DNA of 64,000 bases, taken from assembly GCA_950097015.1 (NCBI GenBank), contig CATNEN010000025.1, positions 7,626,001-7,690,000 of the forward strand, written 5' to 3'. The notes under the pieces were generated by a model. It searched no databases. It was not told where the DNA came from and saw only the letters and a list, made by a program, of their open reading frames with translations. The stretch comes from Macrostomum hystrix (Eukaryota; Animalia; Platyhelminthes). Position 1 is the first letter of the stretch. Every line of letters begins with the position of its first letter. Shown one piece after another: positions 56,501 to 64,000 of the stretch. Both the position numbers and the translations under genes were made by a program.

Positions 56501-59500
56501 TCTGTATTTTGAAGTTTCTGTATTTTGAAGTGTCTGTATTTTGAAGTTTCTGTATTTTGAAGTTTCTGTATTTTGAAGTTTCTGTATTTTGAAGTTTCTG
56601 TATTTTGAAGTGTCTGTATTTTGAAGTTTCTGTATTTTGAAGTTTCTGTATTTTGAAGTGTCTGTATTTTGAAGTGTCTGTATTTTGAAGTGTCTGTATT
56701 TCGAAGTGTCTGTATTTTGAAGTGTCTGTATTTTGAAGTTTCTGTATTTTGAAGTTTCTGTATTTTGAAGTGTCTGTATTTTAAAGTGTCTGTATTTTGA
56801 AGTTTCTGTATTTTGAAGTGTCTGTATTTTGAAGTTTCTGTATTTTGAAGTTTCTGTATTTTGAAGTTTCTGTATTTTGAAGTTTCTGTATTTTGAAGTT
56901 TCTGTATTTTGAAGTTTCTGTATTTTGAAGTTTCTGTATTTTGAAGTGTCTGTATTTTGAAGTTTCTGTATTTTGAAGTGTCTGTGTTTTGAAGTTTCTG
57001 TATTTTGAAGTTTCTGTATTTTGAAGTTTCTGTATTTTGAAGTTTCTGTATTTTGAAGTGTCTGTATTTTGAAGTTTCTGTATTTTGAAGTTTCTGTATT
57101 TTGAAGTGTCTATTTTTTTAAGTGTCTGTATTTTGAAGTGTCTGTATTTCGAAGTGTCTGTATTTTGAAGTGTCTGTATTTTGAAGTTTCTGTATTTTGA
57201 AGTTTCTGTATTTTGAAGTGTCTGTATTTTAAAGTGTCTGTATTTTGAAGTTTCTGTATTTTGAAGTGTCTGTATTTTGAAGTTTCTGTATTTTGAAGTT
57301 TCTGTATTTTGAAGTTTCTGTATTTTGAAGTTTCTGTATTTGAAGTTTCTGTATTTTGAAGTGTCTGTATTTTGAAGTTTCTGTATTTTGAAGTTTCTGT
57401 ATTTTGAAGTGTCTGTATTTTGAAGTGTCTGTATTTTGAAGTGTCTGTATTTCGAAGTGTCTGTATTTTGAAGTGTCTGTATTTTGAAGTTTCTGTATTT
57501 TGAAGTTTCTGTATTTTGAAGTGTCTGTATTTTAAAGTGTCTGTATTTTGAAGTTTCTGTATTTTGAAGTGTCTGTATTTTGAAGTTTCTGTATTTTGAA
57601 GTTTCTGTATTTTGAAGTTTCTGTATTTTGAAGTTTCTGTATTTTGAAGTTTCTGTATTTTGAAGTTTCTGTATTTTGAAGTTTCTGTATTTTGAAGTGT
57701 CTGTATTTTGAAGTGTCTGTATTTTGAAGTTTCTGTATTTTGAAGTTTCTGTATTTTGAAGTGTCTGTATTTTGAAGTGTCTGTATTTTGAAGTGTCTGT
57801 ATTTCGAAGTGTCTGTATTTTGAAGTGTCTGTATTTTGAAGTGTCTGTATTTCGAAGTGTCTGTATTTTGAAGTGTCTGTATTTTGAAGTTTCTCTATTT
57901 GAAGTTTCTGTATTTTGAAGTGTCTGTATTTTAAAGTGTCTGTATTTTGAAGTTTCTGTATTTTGAAGTGTCTGTATTTTGAAGTTTCTGTATTTTGAAG
58001 TTTCTGTATTTTGAAGTGTCTGTATTTTGAAGTGTCTGTATTTTGAAGTGTCTGTATTTCGAAGTGTCTGTATTTTGAAGTGTCTGTATTTTGAAGTTTC
58101 TGTATTTTGAAGTTTCTGTATTTTGAAGTGTCTGTATTTTAAAGTGTCTGTATTTTGAAGTTTCTGTATTTTGAAGTGTCTGTATTTTGAAGTTTCTGTA
58201 TTTTGAAGTTTCTGTATTTTGAAGTTTCTGTATTTTGAAGTTTCTGTATTTTGAAGTTTCTGTATTTTGAAGTTTCTGTATTTTGAAGTGTCTGTATTTT
58301 GAAGTTTCTGTATTTTGAAGTTTCTGTATTTTGAAGTGTCTGTATTTTGAAGTGTCTGTATTTTGAAGTGTCTGTATTTCGAAGTGTCTGTATTTTGAAG
58401 TGTCTGTATTTTGAAGTTTCTGTATTTTGAAGTTTCTGTATTTTGAAGTGTCTGTATTTTAAAGTGTCTGTATTTGAAGTTTCTGTATTTTGAAGTGTCT
58501 GTATTTTGAAGTTTCTGTATTTTGAAGTTTCTGTATTTTGAAGTTTCTGTATTTTGAAGTTTCTGTATTTTGAAGTTTCTGTATTTTGAAGTTTCTGCAT
58601 TTTGAAGTGTCTGTATTTTGAAGTTTCTGTATTTTGAAGTTTCTGTATTTTGAAGTTTCTGTATTTTGAAGTGTCTGTATTTTGAAGTGTCTGTATTTTG
58701 AAGTGTCTGTATTTCGAAGTGTCTGTATTTTGAAGTGTCTGTATTTTGAAGTGTCTGTATTTCGAAGTGTCTGTATTTTGAAGTGTCTGTATTTTGAAGT
58801 TTCTCTATTTTGAAGTTTCTGTATTTTGAAGTGTCTGTATTTTAAAGTGTCTGTATTTTGAAGTTTCTGTATTTTGAAGTGTCTGTATTTTGAAGTTTCT
58901 GTATTTTGAAGTTTCTGTATTTTGAAGTTTCTGTATTTTGAAGTTTCTGTATTTTGAAGTTTCTGTATTTTGAAGTTTCTGTATTTTGAAGTTTCTGTAT
59001 TTTGAAGTGTCTGTATTTTGAAGTGTCTGTATTTTGAAGTTTCTGTATTTTGAAGTTTCTGTATTTTGAAGTGTCTGTATTTTGAAGTGTCTGTATTTTG
59101 AAGTGTCTGTATTTCGAAGTGTCTGTATTTTGAAGTGTCTGTATTTTGAAGTTTCTGTATTTTGAAGTTTCTGTATTTTGAAGTGTCTGTATTTTGAAGT
59201 GTCTGTATTTTGAAGTTTCTGTATTTTGAAGTTTCTGTGTTTTGAAGTTTCTGTGTTTTGAAGTTTCTGTATTTTGAAGTTTCTGTGTTTTGAAGTTTCT
59301 GTATTTTGAAGTTTCTGTATTTTGAAGTGTCTGTATTTTGAAGTGTCTGTATTTTGAAGTGTCTGTATTTTGAAGTTTCTGTATTTTGAAGTTTCTGTAT
59401 TTTGAAGTTTCTGTATTTTGAAGTTTCTGTATTTTGAAGTTTCTGTGTTTTGAAGTTTCTGTGTTTTGAAGTGTCTGTATTTTGAAGTGTCTGTATTTTG

Positions 59501-62500
59501 AAGTGTCTGTATTTTGAAGTGTCTGTATTTTGAAGTTTCTGTATTTTGAAGTGTCTGTATTTTGAAGTTTCTGTATTTTGAAGTGTCTGTATTTTGAAGT
59601 TTCTGTGTTTTGAAGTTTCTGTATTTTGAAGTTTCTGTATTTTGAAGTTTCTGTATTTTGAAGTGTCTGTATTTTGAAGTTTCTGTATTTTGAAGTTTCT
59701 GTATTTTGAAGTTTCTGTATTTTGAAGTTTCTGTATTTTGAAGTTTCTGTATTTTGAAGTTTCTGTATTTTGAAGTGTCTGTATTTTGAAGTTTCTGTAT
59801 TTTGAAGTGTCTGTATTTTGAAGTTTCTGTATTTTGAAGTTTCTGTATTTTGAAGTTTCTGTATTTTGAAGTTTCTGTATTTTGAAGTGTCTGTATTTTG
59901 AAGTTTCTGTATTTTGAAGTTTCTGTATTTTGAAGTGTCTGTATTTTGAAGTGTCTGTATTTTGAAGTGTCTGTATTTCGAAGTGTCTGTATTTTGAAGT
60001 GTCTGTATTTTGAAGTTTCTGTATTTTGAAGTTTCTGTATTTTGAAGTGTCTGTATTTTAAAGTGTCTGTATTTTGAAGTTTCTGTATTTTGAAGTGTCT
60101 GTATTTTGAAGTTTCTGTATTTTGAAGTTTCTGTATTTTGAAGTTTCTGTATTTTGAAGTTTCTGTATTTTGAAGTTTCTGTATTTTGAAGTTTCTGTAT
60201 TTTGAAGTTTCTGTATTTTGAAGTGTCTGTATTTTGAAGTTTCTGTATTTTGAAGTGTCTGTGTTTTGAAGTTTCTGTATTTTGAAGTTTCTGTATTTTG
60301 AAGTTTCTGTATTTTGAAGTTTCTGTATTTTGAAGTGTCTGTATTTTGAAGTTTCTGTATTTTGAAGTTTCTGTATTTTGAAGTGTCTATTTTTTTAAGT
60401 GTCTGTATTTTGAAGTGTCTGTATTTCGAAGTGTCTGTATTTTGAAGTGTCTGTATTTTGAAGTTTCTGTATTTTGAAGTTTCTGTATTTTGAAGTGTCT
60501 GTATTTTAAAGTGTCTGTATTTTGAAGTTTCTGTATTTTGAAGTGTCTGTATTTTGAAGTTTCTGTATTTTGAAGTTTCTGTATTTTGAAGTTTCTGTAT
60601 TTTGAAGTTTCTGTATTTTGAAGTTTCTGTATTTTGAAGTGTCTGTATTTTGAAGTTTCTGTATTTTGAAGTTTCTGTATTTTGAAGTGTCTGTATTTTG
60701 AAGTGTCTGTATTTTGAAGTGTCTGTATTTCGAAGTGTCTGTATTTTGAAGTGTCTGTATTTTGAAGTTTCTGTATTTTGAAGTTTCTGTATTTTGAAGT
60801 GTCTGTATTTTAAAGTGTCTGTATTTTGAAGTTTCTGTATTTTGAAGTGTCTGTATTTTGAAGTTTCTGTATTTTGAAGTTTCTGTATTTTGAAGTTTCT
60901 GTATTTTGAAGTTTCTGTATTTTGAAGTTTCTGTATTTTGAAGTTTCTGTATTTTGAAGTTTCTGTATTTTGAAGTGTCTGTATTTTGAAGTGTCTGTAT
61001 TTTGAAGTTTCTGTATTTTGAAGTTTCTGTATTTTGAAGTGTCTGTATTTTGAAGTGTCTGTATTTTGAAGTGTCTGTATTTCGAAGTGTCTGTATTTTG
61101 AAGTGTCTGTATTTTGAAGTGTCTGTATTTCGAAGTGTCTGTATTTTGAAGTGTCTGTATTTTGAAGTTTCTCTATTTTGAAGTTTCTGTATTTTGAAGT
61201 GTCTGTATTTTAAAGTGTCTGTATTTTGAAGTTTCTGTATTTTGAAGTGTCTGTATTTTGAAGTTTCTGTATTTTGAAGTTTCTGTATTTTGAAGTTTCT
61301 GTATTTTGAAGTTTCTGTATTTTGAAGTTTCTGTATTTTGAAGTTTCTGTATTTTGAAGTTTCTGTATTTTGAAGTGTCTGTATTTTGAAGTTTCTGTAT
61401 TTTGAAGTTTCTGTATTTTGAAGTGTCTGTATTTTGAAGTGTCTGTATTTTGAAGTTTCTGTATTTTGAAGTGTCTGTATTTTGAAGTTTCTGTATTTTG
61501 AAGTGTCTGTATTTTGAAGTGTCTGTATTTTGAAGTGTCTGTATTTTGAAGTTTCTGTATTTTGAAGTTTCTGTATTTTGAAGTGTCTGTATTTTGAAGT
61601 GTCTGTATTTTGAAGTGTCTGTATTTTGAAGTTTCTGTATTTTGAAGTTTCTGTATTTTGAAGTGTCTGTATTTTGAAGTTTCTGTATTTTGAAGTTTCT
61701 GTATTTTGAAGTTTCTGTATTTTGAAGTGTCTGTATTTTGAAGTGTCTGTATTTTGAAGTTTCTGTATTTTCAAGTGTCTGTATTTTGAAGTGTCTGTAT
61801 TTTGAAGTGTCTGTATTTTGAAGTTTCTGTATTTTGAAGTTTCTGTATTTTGAAGTGTCTGTATTTTGAAGTGTCTGTATTTTGAAGTGTCTGTATTTTG
61901 AAGTGTCTGTACTTTGAAGTTTCTGTATTTTGAAGTGTCTGTATTTTGAAGTTTCTGTATTTTGAAGTTTTTGTATTTTGAAGTTTCTGTATTTTGAAGT
62001 GTCTGTATTTTGAAGTGTCTGTATTTTGAAGTGTCTGTATTTTGAAGTTTCTGTATTTTGAAGTTTCTGTATTTTGAAGTGTCTGTATTTTGAAGTGTCT
62101 GTATTTTGAAGTGTCTGTATTTTGAAGTTTCTGTATTTTGAAGTGTCTGTATTTTGAAGTGTCTGTATTTTGAAGTTTCTGTATTTTGAAGTTTCTGTGT
62201 TTTGAAGTTTCTGTATTTTGAAGTGTCTGTATTTTGAAGTGTCTGTATTTTGAAGTGTCTGTATTTTGAAGTTTCTGTGTTTTGAAGTTTCTGTATTTTG
62301 AAGTGTCTGTGTTTTGAAGTGTCTGTATTTTGAAGTGTCTGTATTTTGAAGTTTCTGTATTTTGAAGTTTCTGTATTTTGAAGTGTCTGTATTTTGAAGT
62401 GTCTGTATTTTGAAGTTTCTGTATTTTGAAGTTTCTGTGTTTTGAAGTTTCTGTATTTTGAAGTGTCTGTATTTTGAAGTGTCTGTATTTTGAAGTTTCT

Positions 62501-64000
62501 GTATTTTGAAGTGTCTGTATTTTTAAGTGTCTGTATTTTGAAGTTTCTGTATTTTGAAGTGTCTGTATTTTGAAGTGTCTGTATTTTGAAGTTTCTGTAT
62601 TTTGAAGTGTCTGTATTTTGAAGTGTCTGTATTTTGAAGTTTCTGTATTTTAAAGTGTCTGTATTTTGAAGTTTCTGTATTTTAAAGTGTCTGTATTTTG
62701 AAGTGTCTGTATTTTGAAGTGTCTGTATTTTGAAGTGTCTGTATTTTGAAGTTTCTGTATTTTGAAGTGTCTGTATTTTGAAGTTTCTGTATTTTGAAGT
62801 GTCTGTATTTTGAAGTTTCTGTATTTTGAAGTTTCTGTATTTTGAAGTTTCTGTATTTTGAAGTTTCTGTATTTTGAAGTGTCTGTATTTTGAAGTTTCT
62901 GTATTTTGAAGTTTCTGTATTTTGAAGTGTCTGTATTTTGAAGTGTCTGTATTTTGAAGTGTCTGTATTTCGAAGTGTCTGTATTTTGAAGTGTCTGTAT
63001 TTTGAAGTTTCTGTATTTTGAAGTTTCTGTATTTTGAAGTGTCTGTATTTTAAAGTGTCTGTATTTTGAAGTTTCTGTATTTTGAAGTGTCTGTATTTTG
63101 AAGTTTCTGTATTTTGAAGTTTCTGTATTTTGAAGTTTCTGTATTTTGAAGTTTCTGTATTTTGAAGTTTCTGTATTTTGAAGTTTCTGTATTTTGAAGT
63201 GTCTGTATTTTGAAGTTTCTGTATTTTGAAGTTTCTGTATTTTGAAGTGTCTGTATTTTGAAGTGTCTGTATTTTGAAGTGTCTGTATTTCGAAGTGTCT
63301 GTATTTTGAAGTGTCTGTATTTTGAAGTTTCTGTATTTTGAAGTGTCTGTATTTTGAAGTGTCTGTATTTTAAAGTGTCTGTATTTTGAAGTTTCTGTAT
63401 TTTGAAGTGTCTGTATTTTGAAGTTTCTGTATTTTGAAGTTTCTGTATTTTGAAGTTTCTGTATTTTGAAGTTTCTGTATTTTGAAGTTTCTGTATTTTG
63501 AAGTTTCTGTATTTTGAAGTTTCTGTATTTTGAAGTGTCTGTATTTTGAAGTTTCTGTATTTTGAAGTTTCTGTATTTTGAAGTTTCTGTATTTTGAAGT
63601 GTCTGTATTTTGAAGTGTCTGTATTTTGAAGTGTCTGTATTTCGAAGTGTCTGTATTTTGAAGTGTCTGTATTTTGAAGTGTCTGTATTTTGAAGTTTCT
63701 GTATTTTCAAGTGTCTGTATTTTGAAGTGTCTGTATTTTGAAGTGTCTGTATTTTGAAGTTTCTGTATTTTGAAGTTTCTGTATTTTGAAGTGTCTGTAT
63801 TTTGAAGTGTCTGTATTTTGAAGTGTCTGTATTTTGAAGTGTCTGTACTTTGAAGTTTCTGTATTTTGAAGTGTCTGTATTTTGAAGTTTCTGTATTTTG
63901 AAGTTTTTGTATTTTGAAGTTTCTGTATTTTGAAGTGTCTGTATTTTGAAGTGTCTGTATTTTGAAGTGTCTGTATTTTGAAGTTTCTGTATTTTGAAGT
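47586..64000. repeat. 16-bp satellite GAAGT(T/G)TCTGTATTTT (>1000 units, runs off the window end)
   Basis: Two dominant units differing at one base, plus rare landmark variants that recur at fixed spacings. Confidence 0.98.

Noticed and set aside
47824-63710. Long minus-strand ORFs (up to 822 aa, KIQKLQNTETSKYRNF repeats)
   Set aside because: The reverse complement of the 16-bp unit has no stop in any frame, so three units always give a 16-aa period. ORF starts and stops coincide with rare unit variants. Not genes.

Overview
Eukaryotic (metazoan) genomic DNA with GC-rich exons separated by introns that are largely filled with tandem repeats. This architecture, plus TTAGGG repeats, suggests the flatworm Macrostomum lignano or a similar genome (inference, not verified). 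Four protein-coding genes were reconstructed by hand from splice sites and reading phase. (1) RIM-binding protein on +, about 0.7-12.6 kb, with coiled coil, partial SH3, 3x FN3 and 2x SH3; its start codon was not found. (2) A BK-channel beta / TipE-like two-TM protein on -, 15981-17078. (3) A 13-exon CYFIP/Sra-1 on +, 19741-32421, with three apparent +1 frameshifts in its 5' exons. (4) An Sp/buttonhead C2H2 zinc-finger factor on -, 39665 to about 40453, bracketed by two inverted arrays of the same 15-bp minisatellite. Also present: two identical tRNA-Val(AAC) genes, an internally deleted Tc1 (DD34E) element, two inverted copies of a tRNA-derived SINE, a second short dispersed repeat, a decayed Penelope-type GIY-YIG fragment, a minimal hammerhead-like motif and about 30 distinct minisatellites. 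The window ends in a 5-kb 21-bp satellite and a >16-kb 16-bp satellite with binary variants and kb-scale higher-order duplications. Most long ORFs in the supplied track are by-products of tandem repeats. No CRISPR or prokaryotic system is present.
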